Assembly (NCBI GenBank): GCA_964016885.1
Contig: OZ024740.1
Location: 391,530,001 to 391,594,000 of the forward strand
Reading direction: 5' to 3'
From: Eledone cirrhosa
Lineage: Eukaryota
Length of the DNA: 64,000 nt
Position numbers and translations under genes: made by a program
Part shown: positions 1-13,870 of the stretch, one piece after another
Layout of the letters: every line of letters starts with the position of its first letter
Numbering within the stretch: position 1 is the stretch's first letter
Notes under the pieces: model-generated
Told to the model about the DNA's origin: nothing
Seen by the model: the letters and a program-made list of their open reading frames with translations, nothing else
Databases searched by the model: none

Positions 1-327
1 TCCACCGCCCTTGTTTTTTAATAATAATGGGATATAACAAGCCATGAAATGACACTTAGAACCGGGGAACAAAAAATATGTTACACGGTGTAATATAAGA
101 CTCAGAGATACACATATGTACATACACATCAACAGAAGCAACAATGCAACACCTACCAATTTCACCCCATCGACACACCACACATAACTATACCCATGGC
201 ACACCTGAACCCTCCCCCTCGTCCCTTATGCCCGAATCCAGACCACTCGCTTACCACACGAACACAACCTTCTTAACCATTTCTAAACTCTCATGCGCCT
301 ACCTGCTCTCTCTCTGCCCTCTCTCTC

Positions 328-380
<53 letters not shown>

Positions 381-3300
381 TACACACACACTCTCTCTCT
401 ATCTCTCTCTCTCTTTCCATTTCCCGACGAAGGACTTCCGTCCAAAGGGCTGATCCCTCCTCTATTTCCTTTCCTCCCCTTCTAAGCGTGGTCCTAATAA
501 GACTTTGTGTTTTTGCATCGCTATGTTTGCCTTATTTCTTCAAATATATATTTATATGTATATATTAATGTATATATTTATGCATACATATATATTTAGC
601 TATCCATGCGTGCGTCTTCATATTTTCTGTAACTAACAACGCCGTAGACAAATATTTAGGCACGTAATATATAGATACTAGAATGTAACCCGTTACTAGA
701 CAGATACATTTTGAATATACGTTTACCACATGATTTAGATAATTTAAAGAAATCGTTTAATTATTTATTTAATTTCAATAATATCTAAATATTTCGTAGA
801 AAAAGAAGATACTCGAAAAATCTGATATTCTTTCGTATCTGATAGATAGTAGAACAATCTGATATTCTTTCGCCGCTATAATTCAACGAAGTAGAAATAG
901 TGCACCATGTGAGATAGGATTCTATATACGAGAACTATCAAAGTTTGATGCAAATAATCACTACAAGCTAGAAGCAATTAGACACAACGAAGAAAAGAAA
1001 AGAAAAACTACTCGTAATTCGAGACAAATGACAGAAAATACCAAACATGCAAAACAAACGGGAGAGATGGAGGCAGTAATAGTAGGTGTCTGGTTCCTTT
1101 GTGTTCAGATTTCATGTTTATGTATATATTTATTGACCACACCACATGTTACATACTCGCACATTAAACAATTGTTTACGGATGAATTGAATGCGTTGTG
1201 AGAAAGTAAATGAGTTTAACATTGAATAAGTACTAAAACTTTCTTCATTCGATATAACTGCTGTTATAGAAACAACCCCCTTTATATATACGTATCTATA
1301 TTTCCATAACACTACCAACTTAACAATTCCATCATACTACAAGATTTCAGCGGCCATATAAGTAGGTTTGCAATGTAGGTGAAGAAGAGAAGAAGAGGAA
1401 GAATAACGAAGATGGACAGCTCCAAGAATCAATGCTAGTCATTGATTCAACTCTCGGGGCTGAATGTTTTGTATCTAGTCATACTTGACTCCAAATTTTA
1501 TAAAATATTGAAATGTCTTCTGGTACATGAGAACGTATAGCAATCTAAGCTTTAAATGTGAGACTAGTACTTCACATGCAGAGTAGAAAACAACCTAAAT
1601 AGGAATGTTAACTGAATTGAGAGGCGAAAGTATTACATATTTTATGTACAGTTATTTTGTTATGGTTATTTCCATAACACACATAAACATACGCATGCAG
1701 AGTCACACACACAGACACACAGACACAGACACAGACACAGACACAGACACACAGACACACACACACACGTACACATACACATACACACGCGTGTTTACAT
1801 GTGTTTTTAAATATGTATGTTATACACTTGTGTCTCTGTGCTGGTCGTATGATAGTAAATGAGAGTGTAAAACAAGCGTTGAACTTCGGATTATATAAAG
1901 GGAATCCTACAGAGAAAGTTTATTCCTTTTAAGCCTATTCTATTCTATGATATAAATCGTGACATATCAGTCAGTGAATTCCACGTTATTGAATTATTTT
2001 ATCAACACATTGAAAAGATAGCGTATTAGAGCTTCATTCTATAGATTCACGTGCAGGCATACATATTCACGTACATTTTATCAGAATATATGTACATATA
2101 TCTAAAACAAATCTTTTGAAAATGTTTGCCATCATAACGAAATTTATCGGATTACTCTAAATTTACAAGAATATGTATTTTACTGTTGTTGTTGCTTTTA
2201 AGCTACATAGGTGACAGAATGTAACAAACGTTTGAAAACAACACCTCGGTATAAATCTGTCACGATTGCAGTTAAGCACAGATCTTATTTGTTTAGATCA
2301 GTAAAGCGCAATGTCTGATTTGTAAAATATATTTATTGGCACGGATGTACTTTCAATATACCCATATTGAACAAATATATGACATCTAAGCCGAATTAAC
2401 CAATAATACGTTATAGATAATAATGCATTACTTCACACAACTCTTAATATTATTACAAAGTCCTTTTCCTTCTTTCCCTTCTACTTCTTCTTTGTTCACA
2501 TTTTTATTGCCGTTGTTATTGGTGGTGGTGTTTTTATGATTATTAACATTATATTCAACAGTTACGTTTGTGATTCAATAATATTGGATTTCTCTCCCAA
2601 TTGAGGATTGTAAGAGTATTTCGGAGAAATTGCTTTGTATATGTGTGACCGTGAGAAACACAGTAGATTAGATCGACTCTAATGCAATCCTGTTGTGCAT
2701 TATATGGTCATTCGTCTTGGAGTGTGGTTAATAAGAAGATAGCTTACAAATACCTATAAATAAAAGCCAACACTAAATATAATTTTGTGTGGTTATCTAG
2801 AACATATTTTCATATTTGCATTTTTAAAAGTAGAAATATAAAGTAATTTTCTGGCTTCGATAGAAATAAATATTTCTGTTCCCCAACAAACGATTTTCGT
2901 CTCCTTAAGAACTAAATATATTTCTTGGTTGGTTTGTAGGCATGAGATTTTATTTCACGTTTCAGTTTCATTATCTATCAGAAAAATATTATCCCTAATA
3001 CATTTGTAAAGATCGTTCTAGAGCTTTTTCTTAGGTGCTGCAAATCCGAGCCTCATATGTTGTCATGCGACTATTTTAGTATTGTAAAGAATTTATCAAA
3101 ACGAGATTATAAAGTTAAGGTTAGCAAACAAATGTACACAATTTCAGAGTTGTTGAAAATACACAACTAATAACTGTAATGTTATTAACGTTACGAAGAG
3201 ATGTGTTGACCATTTATGCTATACATTTCATAGATAAATCCATTTGTTCATTATTATTTTTTTTAAATTATAAATGACATATCTTATCACATTAAAACTA

Positions 3301-4036
3301 TCGCCTTTATACTCAGTGCACCATTTATTAATTGTTGGTATCCCTCACACCAATTCAACTACACCATCTGTTCAGTTGTATACTACAATGGTGCGAATAT
3401 CGCTTCGCTTTATGCCAGCATCATTACATTTCCTTTTTACTCTCGTTCTACACTTTATATATATACTTTATTCTTTTAAGCCGGTGTCTCTCTTAAGACC
3501 CTATACTTACTTCAGTTTTCTATCTTATTTTCATTACTTTCCCTTCTCTTTTCTCTTCTCTTCACATTATCCCGTCTACTATTCTTCCATTCGATACACA
3601 ACTGGAAGTGATTTAAATTCATATACATCATTAATGGGTTTATAACTGGCATTAATGTGACAGAAATATATTTCCTTTCGCTATAAAAAATGCACGTTAT
3701 TTGTATCAAATAAAATGAAATCATTATTACAATTGCATTCATGACAATACAACTTTTTTCTATTTATTTTCCACTATATATCATTAGACATAATGTGTAT
3801 AAATCCTGTCCCGTTGTCATCTACACAATGTTGAAGAGTAGAGAAGAGGTGAGCTACCAAGATATCAACATTTTGTAGCCGTAATTCGTTTTCAATTTAC
3901 TGGTTCTTTTTGCAGCCTCAGAATCGTATTTTTTTAGTTAATAAATGAATTTACTTATGTATGAAACTAAGCTAAGTAATCCTTAATAAAGAAAATATAC
4001 GTCGACATTTAAAAAAAGTTTATGCCTGTATATATT

Positions 4037-4119
<83 letters not shown>

Positions 4120-5358
4120 TTATATAGGTGTATATATAGGTTTTAGATGGTGCATATAGAAATACATTAACCAGATGTTTCTAATGTTTTAAGGCATTAG
4201 AATGTGGTTTGAAAGAGATTTCGTTACTAAGTCTAGTGACCCCACCATTGGTTGGCTCATAAATATGTCTTATGTTCTGATATCACTTAACAAAAAGAAA
4301 TGCGTAGTACGCTTCAATATGTTATGGTAGTAATTTTCAAGTTTGAGCCAATAATTAATTAGTGTTCTATATTTTGACAAGTAATTTTCTTTTTACACTA
4401 ATTTCCAAATCGACTCGACTGAGAGAAAACGAGATCAAAATTGTAATAATTCGGTTGTTGAAACTCTGTTCCCTCTCGATTGGGTAAACATGGTATTTAT
4501 TTTTAAAGAAGCCTCGAAATATAGTCTCTTATAGAATTAATTTATTCATAATCTCTGCTTTATGGTGAGAGTATGGTTGAGTGGCAGACAAGGTAGAGGG
4601 TCGGTATTAAATTGCCTTGTGTATATAATTGTTTTTTTTTACTTTCTGATTTCAAATTCCGCTAGTATTACATTTACCATTCATTCCACTAGGGTCGAAA
4701 CAACGAACGCCACTAAGAAGCTGGGTTTGATTTCACATGATTCACCCTTCTTCTTTAGAGTATGTATTAAAAAAATCAATGAGTTTTTTACGGATCACAA
4801 AGATCGCAAAATTCTAATGGGCATCTAACTCATATTTTCAATTATATTTAGAGACGATGTTTCGTAGCATTTGTTTCTTAACTACTTAATATGATAAGAA
4901 TTTATATAGTATAATCATTTTCCTCGAGGGGAAATCAGTTGCTATTTCAAAGACTGTAATATCAAACTAGTCACAATTATTAATCTATAACTATATGATT
5001 AAATACTATTTGGCGAAACTGTGTGCGCGCGAATATTTGCTATAATCAATATGTCCAAACACATAAGACAGATACTACCATTTATCCATATGTTATTTGT
5101 GTACACCTATGTGTTTTCAATACGATGTTTATTCCATTACTAGATGTATTGTGTAGTTCAATGAGAAACGTACATGGTTTTACACAAGAAGCACGAGGTT
5201 CCTATGTCATATCTTTCGCTCTAACAGTGTTTCTAACCATTAGATATTACATTCTTCCATTTATCAAAACATATTCAATGCATATATAAATATCTTTATA
5301 AGTTATATATAGTAACATGCATACACACACACGCATACACACACACATACACATATAC

Positions 5359-5465
<107 letters not shown>

Positions 5466-5505
5466 CATATATATATATACATATATATATATATATGTAT
5501 ATACA

Positions 5506-5584
<79 letters not shown>

Positions 5585-6503
5585 TATATATATATGCGTG
5601 ATATATATATATATATAAATGTATGTGTAGTATATTTGGCAATATACCGTATGTTTAATTAAAAACATTTAGAAGACCATACGCTATCAGTTTTAAAGTA
5701 GTGACTATGTCACTTACTTCTTTTCGGCGAAAGAAGAGAGAGAAGCTGACAGTCACCCCCCCCCCCCCCACACACACATACACGCATATATATATTTATT
5801 TTAAAATAGACATCTAAAGGTGATCGGATAGAAATCAAAGTTAAATATATAGTCAATACATTTGTGCATGTGTGAGCACGTGTGTGCCTATGTGATTTTG
5901 TGAATTTTCATAGGATAAATAGAATGTCAGTAAGGTGGGTAATTAAATCCATTTTAAATCCCAGTAACAAAAGTGTTTCAGCAGTCCTTAAAAGAAAGTA
6001 AAGCTGTGAGTTTTGCAACAACGTAATTCAGTAAAGAAAGGTAAAACACCATGAGTACAAGAACAAGTAGCTATTCCTGTCTGGTCTTTATTTCACTGGT
6101 CTCAATTTGTCGAACTGTTAAGATAGGGGACATAAAGAGACATAACATAAACAATACAGACATTTAGACCACTGAAAATAAAACCAAAAACATTACACAT
6201 ACCCAGACGCACACACATATAAACACACACACATAAACATATACATGCTTTTGTAAATATATGTTTATATGTTTATGTGTGAATGTTTGTATTAGACGAT
6301 TGACTAATATAAACACATATAGATAACGAGGATATCCTTTCCAACAGGATTTGATTGTACAGTTACATTAAATATCTAATTTAACTTCAATCCAAAGCAG
6401 TGCTTTTTAGATCTTCAACTGAGATTAATTGACAATACATATACCTAAGACCGACTCTACGACATCCATGTAAGTTTTCTATGAATCCCGTAGAATTGTG
6501 CTG

Positions 6504-6694
6504 AATAATTGTTTCTACATTTGGCACAAGGCCAGCAATTACCCAGTACGTTTCTGGTACTTTATTTTATCGACCCCCGTAAGGATGAAAGGCAAAGTTA
6601 ACCTCGGCAGGATTTGAACTCAGATCGTAAGGGGACGTAACTATGCCGGAAAGCATGTCCGACCCTCCACCGATACTGCCAATTCACCGTCCTT
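6504..6694 (-). mobile_element. tRNA-derived SINE with Nin-like central domain (octopus-type)
   Basis: Minus strand has B-box GAGTTCAAATC followed by GCCTTTCATCCTTACGGGGGTCGATAAAATAA. Flanked by a ~15 bp target-site duplication attgtgct(g/c)aataat at 6495-6509 and 6695-6709. About 10 related copies in the window. Confidence 0.85.
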
Positions 6695-6821
6695 ATTGTG
6701 CTCAATAATGATCGTAAATTTATACCCTTTTCCGTTTGAATTTATTTCGCTAAACTTGTCTTTATTATATCAGATATGCGTGATCACATAGATCGCTGTA
6801 GTGATGGTAGCACCTAACTCA

Positions 6822-7014
6822 TAATTGTTTCTACTTTTGGCACAAGGCCAGCAATTATCCCAGTGTATTACTGGTACTTTATTTTATCGACCCCGTAAGG
6901 ATGAAAGGAAAAGTTAACCTCGGCGGGATTTGAACTCAGGACATAAAGGACCGTAACTCTTTGCTGCAAAACATGGCGTCCGATCCTCTACCGATACTGC
7001 CAATCCACGCCCAT
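6822..7014 (-). mobile_element. tRNA-derived SINE, same family
   Basis: Same core as the 6504 copy. TSD ctaactcataat at 6814-6825 and 7015-7026. Confidence 0.85.
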
Positions 7015-7639
7015 CTAACTCATAATACAATAATATTACACGCATTTCTTTACTCTCATATTTTTGAAACCTGCAATTGAATCCACCGCTATTTATACAG
7101 TATAATCAACTGATGTTTATGTCTAATTTAAATTTTCCCACCTCTTATAGATGACTAACAGCCTGGGTCAGCTCAAACATTGAAGCACATTTGTGCAGGT
7201 ACTTCAGACTTGGGTTCGATTAAGGCACACTGCTCAGGCATGATGATGGATCCATTCTCACAACTGCATCTAAGCAACAGATTGTTTCCAATAACCCATT
7301 CTGTTATTCGTGTCTTTTCTTATACTATGTTTTTATTACGAACACCGTGGGCTTCAACAGTGATAAACTGACACTTAAATATTTTTAAATCCATACCAAA
7401 TAATTTCTGTATCATGTAACATTTAACACAATTTTTACCCACGCCTATTTCATGACTGCACTTTGGTTCTTCTACCTCCATTTCGTTAGTCTGGATATAA
7501 CACTATCATATATCCATCTCGATTCCTTGTTGCCTTGTTATAGCCCATATCTTTTTGCGTATCATATATCGATCAGCAGCTGACGTAAAATTCTCTAGGC
7601 GCAGATCCATGGTCTTTCGAGACCAACGGATGCCAATAA

Positions 7640-7849
7640 TAATTGTTTCTACTTTTGGAACAAGGCCAGCAATTGTCCCAGTGTATTACTGGTACTTTAT
7701 TTTATCGACCCCCGTAAGGATGAAAGGCAAAGTTAACTTCGGCAGGATTTGAACTCAGACCACAAGGGCCGTAACTATTTGCTGCAAAGCACCACGTCAG
7801 ACCCTCTACCGATGCTGCCAATCCACCGCCCTAGCCAATCAATCCACCA
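7640..7849 (-). mobile_element. tRNA-derived SINE, same family
   Basis: Same core. TSD gatgccaataataat at 7629-7643 and 7850-7864. Confidence 0.85.
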
Positions 7850-8606
7850 GATGCCAATAATAATAATAATCGTATATTAAACAATTATTAAATAATTAAT
7901 CATGAATTAATTATAAAACTAGGCAATAACTATTATTTGGCATTATGAAAATCTTTACGGGATAAAATATTCATTTAATCAATCTATTTAATCCAGTATC
8001 TAGTAATATAATTATCAAATTATTTATCTATTTAGTTAGTTATTGAACCAATCATTTAATCAATTATCTATTTAATCGATATGTATATGTCTATTATACA
8101 AACACATTATATATATGTTTCATATGCATATTTAGTATGAATCACGCCATGTTAGTGCTACTGTTAATTAATCTCAGCCAGTCAAGCCTGTACTATAGGC
8201 AAATGAGCATCTCTGACAGATTTTTAATACTCAAAATGCAAATAAGCTATAACTTATTCTTGTCGTGAATACGAGTGAGTGTCACTGAACACTGAAGCAG
8301 CAGTATCTGATTTTCTTACACGGATACTAGTGCTCTTGGGACATGATCACAGCGGTAAACACCCATATAGAAATGTATGTATGCTTATGATGCACAAACA
8401 TTGTATATACCTTCATATATCACTCTGTCTTTGCCCCTCTCTCTCTGTCGGCCTCTCTCTCTATATATATTGCTTTCTCTATATTTATATGTATATATGT
8501 AGTTTTGTAAGAGATGTCAATATGAATGGACCTGTTATTTTCATCTAAAGACATTTTTTCCAATTCCAACCCGCCTGTCCCCTCAATCTATCTTATTTCT
8601 CATTCT

Positions 8607-8644
8607 TTCTTCTGATGAAGGACTAGCGTCCGAAACGTTAAGAG
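8607..8644 (+). ncRNA. Minimal type I hammerhead ribozyme
   Basis: UUCUU-CUGAUGA-a-GGAC(uagc)GUCC-GAAA-CG-UU^AAGAG. Palindromic loopless stem III (AACGUU) as in PLE-associated minimal HHRs. Confidence 0.75.
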
Positions 8645-8729
8645 CCTCTGCCTGGTATTTCAAGCGTTAAACCTAATATATTCCTTCCATATACTGTACC
8701 GATGGTGTTGTTGTTTCTGTTTACCTTTT

Positions 8730-8880
<151 letters not shown>

Positions 8881-8916
8881 TCTCTCTCTCTCTCTGTATG
8901 TGGGTGTGTGTGTGTG

Positions 8917-8973
<57 letters not shown>

Positions 8974-9318
8974 GTATCCACTGGTGATATACATGTAAGT
9001 AAATATTCTCTCTATCTGATAGTTTGTAAACTTACATAGATCAATAACTGAGTATTGATACAATGTATTATCACCATCTAGAAACGATCGTAAAGCAGTG
9101 GAGTATATCTCTAATGACTTGATTTTTTATTTCATTGTTTTAACTTATATATATATTTATTTAATATAGAAATGGCTTCAACTAGAACTTCTTCGGAAGA
9201 AATCATCAGGATTAAAACAGTACTAGTCCTGTAGAAGTCATTTCTATATTAAATATTTATACCCTGCTATGTACTGTGTACCTTACTTACTGCGGTTACC
9301 CCCATTGAACCCGGGATA

Positions 9319-9396
<78 letters not shown>

Positions 9397-9405
9397 CGTG
9401 TGTGT

Positions 9406-9462
<57 letters not shown>

Positions 9463-9572
9463 CGTGCGTGTGTGTGTGTGTGTCTGTTCTTGTGTCTGTC
9501 TGTGTGTACATATATATATATATATATATATAAATTGCCTTTTTATGATGTCTATCTGTTTTGTTAATCATT

Positions 9573-9617
<45 letters not shown>

Positions 9618-9621
<4 letters not shown>

Positions 9622-10057
9622 TACTTTGGGAGGGTCATGTTACCAATAAGAAACACACGCACCAGTTGCTTTCACTTCAATTTATTATAAATTAAATTTA
9701 TAAATTTAGGAATTTATAAATTTCCGGTTGGTTGGTTGGTTCCACAACCAGACGTTTGTTCATATATTGTCAAAGTTCTTTCGTCACACATTCTGTGACC
9801 TCTTCAGTGACTGGGGATTCTTTTCTTTGTTTTTATGCCTCTCCTTTGTTCTGTCCTACGCCTGGTTGTGGAACCAACCAACCAACCGGAAATTTATAAA
9901 TTCCTAAATTTATAAATTTAATTTATAATAAATTGAAATGAAAGCAACTGGTGCGTGTGGTTCTTATTGGCAACATGACCCTCCCAAAGTATAACAATAT
10001 CGGTTTCAACACACGTTTTCAGATAAAGAATCTTGCTAAACAAATTCAGAAACGAAA
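9618..10057 (+). mobile_element. Non-coding fold-back element (PLE inverted pLTR-like) between (TA)n tracts
   Basis: Inverted arms 9618-9755 and 9858-9995, an unpaired 3' tail to ~10057, and an HHR in the spacer. Related to 44111-44668. Confidence 0.75.
9769..9811 (-). ncRNA. Type I hammerhead ribozyme
   Basis: Minus strand GUCA-CUGAAGA-g-GUCACA(gaaug)UGUGAC-GAAA-GAAC-UU^UGAC. Confidence 0.75.
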
Positions 10058-10080
10058 TATATATATATATATATATATAT

Positions 10081-10790
10081 CATAAAACATGTTCATAGAA
10101 TCACCAGATAAAATATATACCATTTCCTCTCCCAATTAGTATAATTAACCATATAAAAAATAGAATAGACCAGGCTATAAGAATAAGGCTTCTATGAAGA
10201 AATCTCCAACAAATAACCGAAGCTAGCCCTTCGCGTCGGCTGTGACGGAATATTTATCGAATATTTCGACAGCGTAATCGCCCAGATATACATTTAATTA
10301 AACAGAATTGGGTGTAAAATAAACTAGGAGAAAAGAGAATACATTTATTTACCTCTACCATGGTTTCGTCCGCATTTTGAGATTTCCAATAACTTTGGAA
10401 ACTCGAGCATCGGACTCTTCAGGAGTTTGCTCTAATCTAGACAATAAATTTTCCAAAGTGATCGCGCCAAAAATGGCTAAGAATCGTGACGTAGCAGCGG
10501 TCAGGTTGGAAGGAGTGTGGTAGTTGCTTACGGCTGGTGGCTTTTTGCTAGAAAGTACAGCACCATACAGCAAAATTTGTATCTCAACCTAATGGGAAAT
10601 TATTACATATAAAGGTTTACATATATATATATATACATACATACATATACGTGTTTTGCAACGGGTCACTTTGTGGCTCAATGAGAAATTAATAAATTAA
10701 ATAATCAGACATGTCCATAGAATCACGATTCTTAACCATTTTTGAATGTATTCTTGGCGCGATCACTTTGGAAAATTTATTGTCTAGATT
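10081..10790 (-). mobile_element. Monomer of the ~660-bp hammerhead-containing non-coding repeat (retrozyme-like)
   Basis: Diverged reverse-complement homologue of the unit at 42230-43769, with the same 3' junction to (AT)n. Confidence 0.8.
10351..10426 (-). ncRNA. Type I hammerhead ribozyme with extended stem II
   Basis: Minus strand CUC-CUGAAGA-GUCCG...GAGUUUCCAA(aguua)UUGGAAAUCUC...CGGAC-GAAA-CCAUGG-UA^GAG. Fully canonical core. Confidence 0.85.
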
Positions 10791-11357
10791 GTGTGTATGT
10801 GTGTGTGTGTGTCTGTGTGTTTGAGTGACTGTCCCAGTGTGTTTGAGCGACAGTCCATTTAAAGTAATGGAAACTTCGCCGAAACAATGTTCGTATGTAC
10901 CAAAATATTGTAATTATCGATAGCTGGCTCTATCAAACTCGCTGTAAATGCTAGGCCAGCAATTTAGTATTGTACACTATAACAAAACAGCCTCTAATCA
11001 CGTTGGCTTCCTTTTATATGGTATATCTGAGAGTTGTCATCATATATTTCGTTACTTAAGGTTTCTGTCGTAAGTTCAATAATTTATAATTATATCAATA
11101 TTCGATGCGCAATTTCGTTGAGTCATACTTTCCTCAGCCGTGTTGAGATGCAATCTTACGTTCTTGTTAGTCTCATTGCTATATAACCACTCACAAAAAC
11201 CGTGCGCACACACATAAATATATATAGAGAGAGATAGACAGATAACATTACTCAGCGATGCTACGTTATATTCATACTAGCAGGAAACGCCCATACATAC
11301 ATACATACATACATACATACATACATACATACATACATACATACATACATACATACA

Positions 11358-11389
<32 letters not shown>

Positions 11390-12060
11390 GCGCAGCTCCC
11401 TGATTCATAGTCTATAAATGGCTGCGATAGCTGGCACCTTCAAAATTTGCAAAACATTCTTGCGATTCAAGGGATGACAATTTCTTTTCTTTTACAACCT
11501 TGACACCAGGAAGGTGGCCGGTCAAAAAAATATACTCGAAATTAAGAGAAAGAGATAACATACATATATACATACATACATGTATGCATGTGTACATAAA
11601 TGCATTACGGAAGACGAAAATAAAATCATTAGTTGAGACTGATGAAAATAAAATCTACCACCAAATTAAATCACAACCGACTTGATATTGTTGTTTGGGA
11701 TAACACATTAAAAACATGTTCTGTTGTACAAGTCAGCTACCTAGTGGATGTCAATGTTGTAAGCATATTGCAGGAGGAAGATATCTATGGACCATTGAGT
11801 TTGCAGATTCAGTATCCAAGATACATGCTGTTTAAGACTCCTTATTATTAGAGCTACAGGTTATATACCAAATAATAACTGAACTTGGATTTGCGAAGAT
11901 AGAATGTAGCTCCTCAATGCATAAGCTACAAATGAGCGGGATATCTGGAATTTTCATAATTTGTAAAACATTCTGGCGACGCGAAAGTGATTGGTAAAAA
12001 ATATACTCAAACTTAAAAGAAAGAAAGAAAATACATAACATACATACATACATACACATA
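11390..12060 (+). mobile_element. Two tandem 3' fragments of an R4/NeSL-like (restriction-like endonuclease) non-LTR retrotransposon
   Basis: ORF 11633-11851 reads HNRLDIVVWDNTLKTCSVVQVS..DVNV..EDIYGPL, a decayed RPD..D/E RLE motif. The ICKTF motif and the 3' UTR aaaaaatatactc occur twice, each time followed by (CATA)n. Confidence 0.6.
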
Positions 12061-12510
12061 GACAGACAGAAACACAAAACTCTAGACATGGTAGACAGTT
12101 TGTGGAAAGTAGGTCATATTCAAATCCTGTATAGTCTACTTCTTGGCGGTCTAACACGAAACGACGGTGAGGTTCCAAATATATATATTTATCATAAGAA
12201 ACACAATACAACTACATATATATGCAAGCAAACACGAAGAGACACACACATTGATACAGATATAGACTTATATAAATACGTTGCCAATTGAATAGATATG
12301 CATAAATATATAGTATATACATATTTCTAACAGCTTCGTTTAACCATGGTAGGAGTGTTATGAAAGAGATGTTGTCAGCATAAATGGATTATCGAGATTT
12401 CATAGTATCAATATAAATATATTATTGAGTTATACGTTGTTGCTCTAGTAATACAAATACCCACATATATACATATAAATATGTGAGCACACTCACATAT
12501 ATATTATTAT

Positions 12511-12565
<55 letters not shown>

Positions 12566-12827
12566 GAGAGAGAGAGAGAATCGGGGATGGTTTGCCATTA
12601 CAATAACATCAAATTGGTAAGCCATCCCCGAACCAAATCTATCATCTATTTTCTATTCCCTGTTGTTGTTTGCCGCAATTCGGTTATTTTATATATCTAA
12701 TTCTGTGATCAACACTTGATGAAATCGCCTGAGACTTGCAGTGTCATCAGATGATGAAAATGGGTTATTGAAATATGTATAGTGTCTTGGCGGGATTAAA
12801 ATTTTAAAGAAAGTTTCCTGTCTGGCC

Positions 12828-12908
<81 letters not shown>

Positions 12909-12909
12909 T

Positions 12910-12974
<65 letters not shown>

Positions 12975-13087
12975 CAGCTTTATATATATATATAAAGTTG
13001 ATAAAGTAAATCAAAAACATAGGGATACAAAAATACAAAGTCATAACAAAATCATATTAGGTTCACACTTGGAGGAAGTGAAGGAAG

Positions 13088-13122
13088 ATTCTACATTTCG
13101 GACGGAAGTCCTTCATCAGAAA
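13088..13122 (-). ncRNA. Minimal type I hammerhead ribozyme
   Basis: Minus strand UUU-CUGAUGA-a-GGAC(uucc)GUCC-GAAA-UG-UA^GAA. Same architecture as 8607. Confidence 0.65.
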
Positions 13123-13344
13123 TGTTTGGATAAGGAGAGAAAAGGTCGGTACATGAGAGTAGTGAGTACAATCAAATACATGTAAACGAAACTTCATTGT
13201 CTTTCTTAAAATAAACACTCTGCCTGTGCATCGAGTGTATATTTTGGTACCACCATCAGAAATTCACTGAATCACATGTACTATATATATATATATATGG
13301 AGAAGAAGTTTATGAAATGGAAATGCAGGTATACAGAATTTATT

Positions 13345-13461
13345 AGGTAACAATTGTTTCTATAGTGTATGGGTTACCTATACCTCGCTATTTGAATAAT
13401 ATAAAAATATTATCATAAACCGAAGGTACACTGTAAGCAAACACACCATGTCGTCAGACCT
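13345..13461 (-). ncRNA. Type I hammerhead ribozyme with 70-nt stem II insertion (3' pLTR)
   Basis: AGGU-CUGACGA-c-AUGGUGUGU[70 nt]AUACACUAU-a-GAAA-CAAUUG-UU^ACCU. Confidence 0.75.
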
Positions 13462-13870
13462 TTGTATTGGAATGATATGAAAATATTTTATACACTAGAT
13501 AAAAGAGAAAGAAGGAGGTAGGAAGAGAAGGGGAAGAGGGAAGTGAGTAAGGTGGAGGGAGTCCTAGGATTTAATACTGTCAGATTAGTAGAGATTGTAA
13601 GGAGAGAATGTTTTGGCAGCAGTTAGCTTAATGAGGCGTGTTAGGGTTGGCGGGGGAAGTAAATTCTTCTAGTGGTGTTGTTCGGACAAAATTTAGTTAA
13701 AGGGGTCAAAGTGGTACAGAGTCACAGACAAGTTATTGGGGCTATTATAGTAGCAGGTTATTTCTAAAGGGGTCCAAAAACAGTGTTTAGTACTATTATT
13801 ATAGAAAGCCATATCTTGTGTATAAACATATAAAACAGAAATTTGCAAACGGTGGTGTAAAAAGGTAACA

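Noticed and set aside
424-450. Hammerhead-like CCGACGAAGGAC..GTCCAAA
   Set aside because: Core mutated (U4C, missing G12) and no cleavage triplet; treated as a decayed copy.
9160-9255. Short inverted repeat containing CUGAUGA on the minus strand
   Set aside because: No GAAA in the correct position; ribozyme not supported.
12581-12760. 17-bp-arm hairpin (12581-12631) and minus-strand CUGAUGA at 12744
   Set aside because: No matching GAAA/NUH half; function not assignable.
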